A DNA stretch of 62,374 bases, taken from a virus. Lineage: Duplodnaviria > Caudoviricetes. Every line of letters starts with the position of its first letter. Within the stretch, counting starts at the first letter, position 1. The DNA lies in IMG/VR virus record IMGVR_UViG_3300024249_000184, positions 1 through 62,374 of that record. One strand, written 5' to 3'. Below the pieces are notes generated by a model. It was not told where the DNA came from. It worked only from the letters and a program-made list of their open reading frames with translations, and ran no database searches. The position numbers and the translations under genes were made by a program. This document shows positions 19,534 through 28,138 of this stretch, piece by piece.

Positions 19534-19797
19534 ATGCCTAACTATATCCCAAATGCGCCAGATATCAGCGAGATGACAACTGGCGACACGATAAATTACA
19601 AGGGGCAGTCCTATGGGATTAACTCCCTTGGTAATTACGTCAATGACGGCGGCGGCCGCGGACACAGAACCGTGACCTTGAACGACGGTCATTCCACCGT
19701 AATAACCGTCAGCACCAAAGACACCGTTTGTTCCTCATATAATATTCCTCAAGGCGGCACTCAAGTTGCCGTTTGGTCTCAAAGCGTAAACCCATAA
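19534..19797 (+). CDS. hypothetical protein
   Basis: ORF packed between head genes. Confidence 0.65.
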   Translation: MPNYIPNAPDISEMTTGDTINYKGQSYGINSLGNYVNDGGGRGHRTVTLNDGHSTVITVSTKDTVCSSYNIPQGGTQVAVWSQSVNP

Positions 19798-19799
19798 AT

Positions 19800-21443
19800 A
19801 TGGACGAAAAATCAATCACATTAGAAGCAGTTGGTAATTTCCCCTTTACTTTTTACATTGAAAAAGCAGTCCCGTTGGAAGAAGGGGACGAATTGATTTT
19901 GGAAGGAATAGCCAGCACTACCAACGTTGACCATGACAAGGAACGAATGTCCAAAGACGCTTTGCGCGCGATGGAGTCAGCTATCAACAAGGATGGCGTG
20001 CCGTTACGGGTTGAGCATCAGAAGGATTCCAATGCAATCATTGGTCAGGTTTTCAAAGCTTGGGTCGATGAGCGAAACCAATTACACGTGCGCGCGCGAC
20101 TGGATAAAAATCACCCTGTTTCCCCTGTTCTTCATCACAGCATGAAGAATGGAGTAAAAATGGGGCTTTCTGTCGGTGGTGTCGTCAAGCGTGCAATGAA
20201 GGAGTTTGTGGAATCAGTCGGCGGATTGGTGAAAACCTTTTACGACGTAGCGTTGCAGGAAGTTTCGGTAACGCCCCGTCCCGCTAACTATGATTCTTGG
20301 CTGGTTGCCAAAAGCATCGCCAAGGATAGCAAGGACGCAGAACAATATAGCGAGAGTATGGGTTTAAGAAGGGAGTTTCTGTTAGAAAATTCCCAATTAG
20401 ACTATTTACAAGCATTTGCCAAATCGGTCCCCGATAAGGCGTGGCGAAAAGTCGAATCGCCTGAAATTAACAAAAATAATGACACTAATATGGAAAAAGA
20501 TAAAGTGAAAAAAGAGACAGAGGATTCGGAGACTGAAAAAGCTGTCAGCCGCGCCGAATTCACCAACCTGTCAAAGGCAGTAAAAGACCTAATGGGCTTA
20601 ATGTCCAAAGGGTTTGAAAATGTCGGAGCGCTCATTGTAAAAGCAATGGACGGTTCGGCGAAAGACGCTAATAACCCAGATAAAGCCAAGCCAGAGGATG
20701 AAAGTCCTGCGGCTAAAATGGAAGGCGGCGACGCCAAAGAGCAGGTTAATCCTGATCAGGCCAAAGCCGACGATCCGACTCAGCAAACCGCCAAGGCGGA
20801 AGATGACGAGGACGAAACCAAAAAGGCTGACGACACCGATGAAACCACTAAAGCTGGCGACACGGACGACACCTATGATATGGAAACGGTCAACCGTTCC
20901 ATAGCCACCCTTAAGAGCCTTGAAAAAAGAATTAAGGGCGTAAAAAAGACGGCCGCCGAAACTGAGGACGAAACCAAAAAGGCGGACGAGGAAACCGATG
21001 AAACCAAAAAAGCCGACACCGAAGATGAAACCACCAAGGCTGATGACACCGAGGACGAAACAAAGAAAGCGGACGAGGAAGAAACCACAACCAAGCACCA
21101 CCCGCTCGATGTGTTCGTTGTCACCGTTACCAAAATGATGGAATCGGTTGTTGAGAAATTAGAAAAAAGCGGCAGACGGGTATTAGGTTTTGAAAAATCC
21201 TTTGTTGAGGATATCCAAAACAATCCCGAAATCCAAGCTGAAATTGCCAAAATGGTAAAGATGCCTGGGTTTAAGAAATCGGTTGCTATGGGTGTGCCGT
21301 ATATGATCACCAAAGAAGGCAAGCGCTACGCATTAACGTCAGCGCCTGAGAAGGTTGAAAAGTCAGCGGATGAAAAACCACAGGACTTTAAGACCATGTA
21401 TAAGTCTAAATATTCAAGCGTCTCTCCCGAGACGGAAGAATAA
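19800..21443 (+). CDS. prohead protease fused to acidic scaffold
   Basis: GIAST..VD...E, EH, GLSVGG, LQEVSVT.RPAN; DETKKAD repeats; directly before the capsid gene. Confidence 0.9.
   Translation: MDEKSITLEAVGNFPFTFYIEKAVPLEEGDELILEGIASTTNVDHDKERMSKDALRAMESAINKDGVPLRVEHQKDSNAIIGQVFKAWVDERNQLHVRARLDKNHPVSPVLHHSMKNGVKMGLSVGGVVKRAMKEFVESVGGLVKTFYDVALQEVSVTPRPANYDSWLVAKSIAKDSKDAEQYSESMGLRREFLLENSQLDYLQAFAKSVPDKAWRKVESPEINKNNDTNMEKDKVKKETEDSETEKAVSRAEFTNLSKAVKDLMGLMSKGFENVGALIVKAMDGSAKDANNPDKAKPEDESPAAKMEGGDAKEQVNPDQAKADDPTQQTAKAEDDEDETKKADDTDETTKAGDTDDTYDMETVNRSIATLKSLEKRIKGVKKTAAETEDETKKADEETDETKKADTEDETTKADDTEDETKKADEEETTTKHHPLDVFVVTVTKMMESVVEKLEKSGRRVLGFEKSFVEDIQNNPEIQAEIAKMVKMPGFKKSVAMGVPYMITKEGKRYALTSAPEKVEKSADEKPQDFKTMYKSKYSSVSPETEE
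20800..21095 (+). repeat. imperfect tandem repeats encoding (E)DET[KT]KAD
   Basis: GA(C/T)GAAACCA... units repeated about 7 times. Confidence 0.8.
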
Positions 21444-21551
21444 ACCCGACGGGTAATGGTCGATTACCCCCTCGCCCTAAGTGAGCAGAGAACCCGCAAG
21501 GGCTGACACGAAGGGATAAGCTGAAGGGATTAAGAAAGTCAAAGAACAACT

Positions 21552-22592
21552 ATGCGTATATTAGATTCCATTGACAAAGCCTTAGGTAGATTTGAAAAGA
21601 CCGTAAACACATCGTTTGCGGGACCTGTTCCTAGCTCCCTTTTGGCGCGTCAAGATTTAGAATCTGCTATCGTTGTGCTGTCCGACCGTATGACTCCGTT
21701 CCGTGATCGCGTTTCGCGCATCAAGGGCGAAGGTCTAGCTCACCTTTGGAACCAAAGGACGAGATTAGGCACTCTTACGGATGGACCTATGGCATTGGTA
21801 AACTTGTTCTATGCTGACGGCGATTTGCCGCCTAGCACAGACCCAGCTTACACCCAGAAAACCGCGGCCTATAAATATTTAGGAACTACCGCTGTTATTA
21901 CGGGACCGATGATTGCATCTGGTCGTTCCTACATTGACATTGAAGCTGAGATTGCGGAAGCCGCACTCCGTCGGATTATTCAGGCGGAAGAGTGGGCTGA
22001 TTTCCACGGCGATTCAAATACCAATACCCTGTCTTATGACGGGTTTGATATCCAAATCGTCACCAACGTTGTAAACAACGCTGGGGCGCAGTTAACTGCT
22101 TCAGGTGTAGTGATTCCCTCATTCGACAAAGTTATCAAACTTATTCGTTTGCAGGGTGGCAACAAGATAGACGGTATTTACCTTGGTTTTGGTTTACAGA
22201 CCCAAGTTAATGCTATCGTTTCTCCTCAAGCCCGCTATATCATCAATGTGGATAGCCCGAAGTTCGCCGCTGGCGACCATGTGGTGGCTTATATGTCACC
22301 GCTTGGTTCTATTCCAGTAATTGGCGATTTCTTCTGCAATCCTGCATTGCCGTATCCGAGCAACGAAGCTGGCTCGTCAAGTGCTCAAGGCGCTGGCCTG
22401 TCCTCTGTTTATTTCTTGCGTCACGATGACCAAGGTATCCAGATGGTAGACTTAGTGCCGCTTGGCCGCACAGAATTGGCAAAAATTGCCGATACTGTTC
22501 GGTTCTACTTGAACGAGTATACGGTTTTGGCACTAAAAGCCGAACCGTGGGTTGGTATGTTGAGTAATGTAGCTGATCCCCCATCTACCTAA
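21552..22592 (+). CDS. major capsid protein
   Basis: Position, size (346 aa), L.RQDLE..I, EEWADFHGD, HK97-fold-like C-terminus; flanked by structured UTRs. Confidence 0.88.
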   Translation: MRILDSIDKALGRFEKTVNTSFAGPVPSSLLARQDLESAIVVLSDRMTPFRDRVSRIKGEGLAHLWNQRTRLGTLTDGPMALVNLFYADGDLPPSTDPAYTQKTAAYKYLGTTAVITGPMIASGRSYIDIEAEIAEAALRRIIQAEEWADFHGDSNTNTLSYDGFDIQIVTNVVNNAGAQLTASGVVIPSFDKVIKLIRLQGGNKIDGIYLGFGLQTQVNAIVSPQARYIINVDSPKFAAGDHVVAYMSPLGSIPVIGDFFCNPALPYPSNEAGSSSAQGAGLSSVYFLRHDDQGIQMVDLVPLGRTELAKIADTVRFYLNEYTVLALKAEPWVGMLSNVADPPST

Positions 22593-22611
22593 ACTGCAAT
22601 AACATAGCAGT

Positions 22612-22650
22612 GGGGTCGGACGGTCTTGCTCTCTCAAGCCGCCTGACCTC
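22612..22650 (+). terminator. long hairpin after the capsid gene
   Basis: GGGGTCGG.CGG.CTTG...CAAG.CCG.CTGACCTC. Confidence 0.55.
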
Positions 22651-22664
22651 CTAGAGAGCCTGTT

Positions 22665-23861
22665 ATGAAAATACAAATTAAGAAAGACAAAGCCTCATCA
22701 ATATTTTTTGATGGCAAGTTCTACGATACAGGCAAAGATTTGGAACTACCTTTCACCGATGCATTCCGATTGACACGCGTCGCCAGTATTACGGCCAATT
22801 ACGATTCCGTGCCTTATGACCCCAACCTATGGAAAAATGATAAATTTATCAATTTTTTCGGGGACATAGACCAGCAAAGTGGGTTCGGGAACGTTTCCTA
22901 CTACCTTATCAAAGAAAGCCATGCACAGCTCCAGATTGCCTCAATAGGCAAAACCTACGGCGTCCGTGACCAAGTTATCTTCTCAGCCCAAAATCGCCCA
23001 CTAAGGCAAGAGGGTGCGATGATATGGCACGACCAACCTAGGGAGCAATGGCTTTATACTCCATTCAGAAAAAATATAGCCATAATCCCTTGGGAGACGA
23101 CTGTTGTCCCGAAGTCTTGGATTGGGAAAATTAACGGATTTGACGGGCTGTTAGTGCCTTGCAAACAGAATATTGAGGACTTTAAAAATTCAGGAATTAA
23201 AATACCGATAGAACTTATCCATTGGGGAATTGACCCAGACAAGTTTTACCCGCTAACCCGTCCTGACCGCCCCATATTTACTTTCGGTTCATTAGGGGCG
23301 CTAAGTATCAGAAAAGGCACGGACTTACTGATCGCGGCATTCAAGGAAGCTTTCCCGAACGAAAAAGATGTTAAGCTCATTTGCAAAACCTCCTACAATA
23401 CTTACCCGTTCGGCGCGAAGGACGACAGGATTGAAGTGCAGATGACTCCCGTGAGCAATCAAGAACTGATAACGGATTTTTTCCAAAAGATTGACTGCTT
23501 TGTTTTCCCAACGCGCGGTGAAGGATTCGGAATGACCCCATTAGAGGCAATGGCCACGGGCGTGCCAGCAATCGTTACAAGCTGGTCGGGTCCGATGGAA
23601 TATATGACTCCTGAGGTCGGCTGGCTGATTGACCACACTATCGTTCCTGCAAAGAATTTTTCGGAAATTGTTTATAAAGAAGATTGCGGGAATTGGGCAG
23701 AGCCGAGTAAGGAGCATTTAATAAAGTTGATGAGATACGCTTACGAGCATCGTGATGAAGTCAAAGCTAAGGGTGCGGCCGCGGCGGAACACGTTAGGAA
23801 AAACTGGCTTTGGAAAGATAAAATAAATATGTATGTTGAAGCATTAGGCAAATTCCTATGA
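22665..23861 (+). CDS. GT4 (GT-B) glycosyltransferase with short N-terminal extra domain
   Basis: PWET, RKGTD, DCFVFPTRGEGFGMTPLEAMATG. Confidence 0.92.
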   Translation: MKIQIKKDKASSIFFDGKFYDTGKDLELPFTDAFRLTRVASITANYDSVPYDPNLWKNDKFINFFGDIDQQSGFGNVSYYLIKESHAQLQIASIGKTYGVRDQVIFSAQNRPLRQEGAMIWHDQPREQWLYTPFRKNIAIIPWETTVVPKSWIGKINGFDGLLVPCKQNIEDFKNSGIKIPIELIHWGIDPDKFYPLTRPDRPIFTFGSLGALSIRKGTDLLIAAFKEAFPNEKDVKLICKTSYNTYPFGAKDDRIEVQMTPVSNQELITDFFQKIDCFVFPTRGEGFGMTPLEAMATGVPAIVTSWSGPMEYMTPEVGWLIDHTIVPAKNFSEIVYKEDCGNWAEPSKEHLIKLMRYAYEHRDEVKAKGAAAAEHVRKNWLWKDKINMYVEALGKFL

Positions 23862-24247
23862 CACAGGCAATAATACCCTCCAGAGGACGAGCAGGTTCAG
23901 CAAATTCCTTTTTCGGCAAACACCATTCTGAAAAAACTAAAGAAACTCTCAGGCAGAAAAGAATAGAATTAAACATTAAGGGCGAAAATCATTATAGATG
24001 GTCAGGTGGTTCGTGGAATTATTGGAAGCAAAAAGCTCTAACTCGTGACCATTATACTTGCCAAAAATGTGGACTTTATGAACCCGAAATCGTGCATGTT
24101 GACCATATCTTACCAAAGTCAAAATACCCAGAATTAGCACGGACATTATCAAACCTCATCACTCTTTGTCCTAATTGCCATGCGCGAAAAACCATTGAGG
24201 ACAGAGAAAGTGGTAGAATGAACTCAGGCGGAAGGAAAAAAATATGA
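23858..24247 (+). CDS. NUMOD3-HNH endonuclease
   Basis: FFGKHHSEKTK; CQKCG...DHI.P...NLITLCPNCH. Confidence 0.9.
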   Translation: MTQAIIPSRGRAGSANSFFGKHHSEKTKETLRQKRIELNIKGENHYRWSGGSWNYWKQKALTRDHYTCQKCGLYEPEIVHVDHILPKSKYPELARTLSNLITLCPNCHARKTIEDRESGRMNSGGRKKI

Positions 24248-25215
24248 CACAAATTGTATCAGGAAATATTGCAACAGGAAATAACACCCCGACAGGGGCG
24301 AAAATGAAAGTTGCTGTTGATAATCCATACATCTCAAAGGATGAATTTATTGCATCGTTTGAGGCGTCTGGATTGGGTCTTTCTGCCGCTTCCCCGCAAT
24401 ATGCCAGCGGTGAACTGGACAGGAAAATCCTCCAAGCCAGCGCGTGGATTAACCGCTATTGCGGCCGCTGGTTCGACACACAGACGATTGATGAACAAAA
24501 AACCAGTTTTACCGTGCGGCCTTATAACCCCCAACTGGTGACTGTCGTTCTCAAAAACCGACCGTATTCCAAAATCAATAGCATATATATTCAGGTGCTT
24601 AAATGGTTCATTCAAGTGGACGTTTCGGCGACTGGATATTTACAGGACTTTTATGACAAAGGCTTCTATAAAATTGTCCCTTTACTTTCTAGCGCTGGGA
24701 CTGGTGCTGGTTCTCCTATTCCTGCCGCGATACTTGACCATGTCCCCCTCGGAGTGTTATGGACAAACTACACTTTCGGTTTCGGCACCCCGTTAACAGG
24801 CCAAGCACTTGCGCAGGTAGGCGGGACGAAACAATACCAAGCTCCTGTCGGTAATGGCTTGTGGGCGCCAGACCAACCGACTTTGATTTATGACAACGCC
24901 ACTTTGGTTGCGTCCAGCAATTATACGATTGACCATCCTAACGGCATGGTGACGTTCATTTCCAGTTATACCCCTAATGGGGCTATTACGGCCGACTTTA
25001 CCACTAATGAAAGTATGCCGTTTGAAATCAAAGAGGCGGCAGTATTACTTACATCCCACTTAATCGGCCAAGCTACCCAAAATCCTATCGGCGCGCAAAG
25101 CATGGGCATTCAAACTTTTAACATCAACTTCGGTGAAAAAAGTAAAGTGCTTGACCGCGTGCATGAATTACTGGACGCTTACGTTAACAAAATGCCAACA
25201 TTTTTAGGATTATAA
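24244..25215 (+). CDS. head-tail adaptor with inserted beta domain
   Basis: ASAWINRYC.R.F and P..IKEA motifs; position. Confidence 0.7.
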   Translation: MTQIVSGNIATGNNTPTGAKMKVAVDNPYISKDEFIASFEASGLGLSAASPQYASGELDRKILQASAWINRYCGRWFDTQTIDEQKTSFTVRPYNPQLVTVVLKNRPYSKINSIYIQVLKWFIQVDVSATGYLQDFYDKGFYKIVPLLSSAGTGAGSPIPAAILDHVPLGVLWTNYTFGFGTPLTGQALAQVGGTKQYQAPVGNGLWAPDQPTLIYDNATLVASSNYTIDHPNGMVTFISSYTPNGAITADFTTNESMPFEIKEAAVLLTSHLIGQATQNPIGAQSMGIQTFNINFGEKSKVLDRVHELLDAYVNKMPTFLGL

Positions 25216-25216
25216 T

Positions 25217-25570
25217 ATGTTACCTATCGCCCTACTCAGCCAGACCGTTACGATCAAGCGCCGCGTATCAACGGGGCGCGACTCTTTGAATAATCCTACC
25301 TATGGCAACCCCACCAGCGGTTTGGGCTGGTCAACGGTTTATAACAGCGTGCCAGTCCGCTTGGCGTTCTCCTCTAAGGCAATCCGATTCGTGGCCGAGG
25401 GTGAGCGCGTCACCCCGAACGGCGTGATGTATTACAATACAGGTTTTATCATCAAGCCAGAGGACAGGGTGCTTACCGCGGACGGCATTGAGTATGTGGT
25501 GGTTTCCGTTGTTGAAGGGCGCATGGGAACAAGCATCAATCATTACGAAGCAATATTAGCACTGCCATGA
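25217..25570 (+). CDS. head closure/stopper protein
   Basis: VTIKR...D...NP...DRV...Y.V...HYE; position. Confidence 0.7.
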   Translation: MLPIALLSQTVTIKRRVSTGRDSLNNPTYGNPTSGLGWSTVYNSVPVRLAFSSKAIRFVAEGERVTPNGVMYYNTGFIIKPEDRVLTADGIEYVVVSVVEGRMGTSINHYEAILALP

Positions 25571-26163
25571 CCAATAAATTCAAACAACTTTGGAAAGAAA
25601 CAGCCCAAAAACGTGAGGATCTTTGGCTATGGCAACAGGGCGAGGAACACGGCGGACAGGAAGTAGAAGCAGGCGCTATGGAAGATTTATACCTTTGGCA
25701 ACAAGGCCACGCTCACGGCGGCCAAGAGGTGCAACACAAATCCTTTAAGGACTTTTGGAAAAATGCCCATGCCGCTACCTTTGAAAAAACCGCGCTGACC
25801 AAATCCGAAATTTTGGAAGTGCAGGACAGGATTACCAAATTGCAATCCAAAGGTTTGCCGTCCAGCAAAATTATTACCGCCCTACAAAAATTAAACCCCA
25901 AGCTGTCCGAACGCTGGAAAGCCGAACGAGCCTATTGGACGGAAGTTAAAAAAGATGACACCGATACCGTAGGCGAGGCAGGGGACGATTTGGGTATAAG
26001 CAAATATAAGGTAATTTTATCCCCGAGTGCCTGTCCAACCTGTGTTAAAAAAACTAATGATGGCAGTAAAATTTTTAAGAATAACGACCTTGAAAAATCA
26101 GGATATGGCCATGTCCCGCCATTTCATCCGAATTGCTACTGTATTTTGATTCCAGTTGAATAA
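25567..26163 (+). CDS. short MuF/gp7-like minor head protein
   Basis: ACPTC...PPFHPNCYC; duplicated EDLxLWQQGxxHGGQEV. Confidence 0.75.
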   Translation: MTNKFKQLWKETAQKREDLWLWQQGEEHGGQEVEAGAMEDLYLWQQGHAHGGQEVQHKSFKDFWKNAHAATFEKTALTKSEILEVQDRITKLQSKGLPSSKIITALQKLNPKLSERWKAERAYWTEVKKDDTDTVGEAGDDLGISKYKVILSPSACPTCVKKTNDGSKIFKNNDLEKSGYGHVPPFHPNCYCILIPVE

Positions 26164-26202
26164 AACCCTGCTTTAGAAGGTATAATTAAGGTAAGGACAA
26201 AT

Positions 26203-26661
26203 ATGCAAAAGGGCGGTTTAACATTTAGAATAAACACCGATAATCTGGAGCGTTTGGCCAAAAAAATCGGCAATCAATCGGTCAAATACGACAAGGTTAT
26301 GAAAGAAAGGGTCACGCGCGCGACCGAGATGGTTTGGCGGGTTGCCCACGCAAGACGTCCGATGATTAGCAAAGCCCAAATGAAGTATGAGGGCAGAGCC
26401 AAGCGGGTATCCGATCCCGATGCCAAGGCTGGCGTGCCAGTAGATACGGGAGCATTGCAGGCGAGTATCACACAAAGAGTCACCAAAACAAAGTCAATGA
26501 GTTATCAGGGTGAAGTTGCCACAAGGGGAATTCCTTACGCAGGCTACATAGAATTTGGCACCTCTAAGATGTGGCCAAGACCATTTATCCGCCCCGCCGT
26601 CAACCTGACAAAAGACGCTATCAAGCGGGTATTCGGATTAAAGGTTGAGGCTAACATCTAA
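26203..26661 (+). CDS. HK97 gp10-family neck protein
   Basis: PVDTGALQASI...YA.YIEFGTSKM.PRPFIRPA. Confidence 0.9.
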   Translation: MQKGGLTFRINTDNLERLAKKIGNQSVKYDKVMKERVTRATEMVWRVAHARRPMISKAQMKYEGRAKRVSDPDAKAGVPVDTGALQASITQRVTKTKSMSYQGEVATRGIPYAGYIEFGTSKMWPRPFIRPAVNLTKDAIKRVFGLKVEANI

Positions 26662-26663
26662 AT

Positions 26664-27071
26664 ATGCTGGAAATATTCCAAAAAATTATAGGTATACTTG
26701 TTGCGGACAGCACCCTTACGGCTATGGTTCCCGTTGGAAATATCTTTGTAGGCGCGGCCGACGTGGTTGTAGAAAAACAAGCCGATTTGTTATCACCGTC
26801 AATTATCCTTACCCAAACTTCCGAAGCTGTTAGAACCGTGCCATTGGGAGTGAGAGATACCGTTGTGCAACTGGATATCTGGTCGCGAAATTCCCAGTTG
26901 GAACTTGAAACCATTTATGAGCGTGTATTGACTCTGTTAGATTTTCAGTCAGGTAGCAAAAATTCCGCCCACGTATTTTGGGAGAGATTAGGCGGTGCGG
27001 TGGACTTGTTTGAAACCGACAGAAGAATCTTTCACCGTTCTTGCACTTTCATAATATGGTCGATAAAATAA
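26664..27071 (+). CDS. tail terminator/completion protein
   Basis: L.AD..L, VQLDIWS; position. Confidence 0.7.
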   Translation: MLEIFQKIIGILVADSTLTAMVPVGNIFVGAADVVVEKQADLLSPSIILTQTSEAVRTVPLGVRDTVVQLDIWSRNSQLELETIYERVLTLLDFQSGSKNSAHVFWERLGGAVDLFETDRRIFHRSCTFIIWSIK

Positions 27072-27094
27072 TTAACTAAAGAAATAAAACTACT

Positions 27095-27562
27095 ATGGGA
27101 TTTAATCCTAATGGAACAAAAATCTCCTCTCGGATTACTTTTAATTCGGGTATTATAGATTTCGGCAATTCGCAAATTGTCCAAGTGGACAATGTCAGCG
27201 TTTCGCTGGAATATACAATAGCCGACCTGTTTGTGCTTGGTTCCATCCGCCCCGCGGACAAAGTAAGGCACAGCCAGAAGGTAATGATGAGTGGTAAAAT
27301 TAAGTCGTATGCCCCTGAATTGGAAATGGTGGCTTTTGGTTCTTCCTCCATAAGCACCCAAAATACCGCCAATACCATTGACGGCCAGCCGACTTTGCAA
27401 AGCCCTGTTGTAACTCTGTTCGACAGGAATAATAAAGAAGTCCAGTATCAACTTTCTGGCGCTTTGTTTAAGAGCACCAAATTGACTTCCCGCCAAGAGG
27501 ATTTCTCGGAATGGGATTTTGAATTGGAAGCCTTGGACATTGTAGAAGTCTATACACCATAA
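27095..27562 (+). CDS. tail tube protein
   Basis: Position, beta-rich 155 aa, C-terminal FELEALD. Confidence 0.7.
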   Translation: MGFNPNGTKISSRITFNSGIIDFGNSQIVQVDNVSVSLEYTIADLFVLGSIRPADKVRHSQKVMMSGKIKSYAPELEMVAFGSSSISTQNTANTIDGQPTLQSPVVTLFDRNNKEVQYQLSGALFKSTKLTSRQEDFSEWDFELEALDIVEVYTP

Positions 27563-27566
27563 ATAT

Positions 27567-27950
27567 ATGAATGACGGAGAAATTCTGACAAATGCTGAGT
27601 TTGACTATCCCTTTGGTGGGAAGAGTTTTAAGCTCAAAAAAGCAAGCCTCCAGCTAGTCATTCTTTTCCAGCGGAAAGCCGCGGAGATTGGTAAAGAAAA
27701 TGACCCTGCTGGCGATTTGCGTATTGCCGCCCATGCTCTTTATTTGGCACTTCATAATGCGGACACAACCGTGACCGAGGAATGGGTGACGGAAAATGCG
27801 CCTGGCGACATTAACGTTTTGGAAGTCTTGGGACAACTAGGTTTTCTGAACCAGCAGAAGGTGGCGTTAATGAACAAGATGACGGACTCGCTGGTGAATC
27901 AAAGCCTGAACCCAAGCCAACCGACTGGCGAAAACTCTTCGGTTTCATAA
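27567..27950 (+). CDS. tail assembly chaperone (G)
   Basis: Lies between tube and tape measure; ends ...PTGENSSVS. Confidence 0.7.
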   Translation: MNDGEILTNAEFDYPFGGKSFKLKKASLQLVILFQRKAAEIGKENDPAGDLRIAAHALYLALHNADTTVTEEWVTENAPGDINVLEVLGQLGFLNQQKVALMNKMTDSLVNQSLNPSQPTGENSSVS

Positions 27951-28135
27951 CCAACCGCACAGCGTGGACACCATCGCAGATTAGCGAACTCACACTCGGT
28001 CAGTTGCGAGTGTATCTTGAATATTGGTCAGAAGGCGAAAAAGCCCAAGCTGAAAACGTGGATGGCGGTCAGTTTGACAATATCGGCCTATTCAACGCCA
28101 CGTCAGGGATTGAACGTAAACCAAAAAATAAATAG
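27923..28135 (+). CDS. tail assembly chaperone -1 frameshift extension (GT)
   Basis: ATG-less -1 frame DWRKLFGF...WTPSQISELTLGQL...; exact shift site uncertain. Confidence 0.7.
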   Translation, partial: DWRKLFGFITNRTAWTPSQISELTLGQLRVYLEYWSEGEKAQAENVDGGQFDNIGLFNATSGIERKPKNK

Positions 28136-28138
28136 CCT

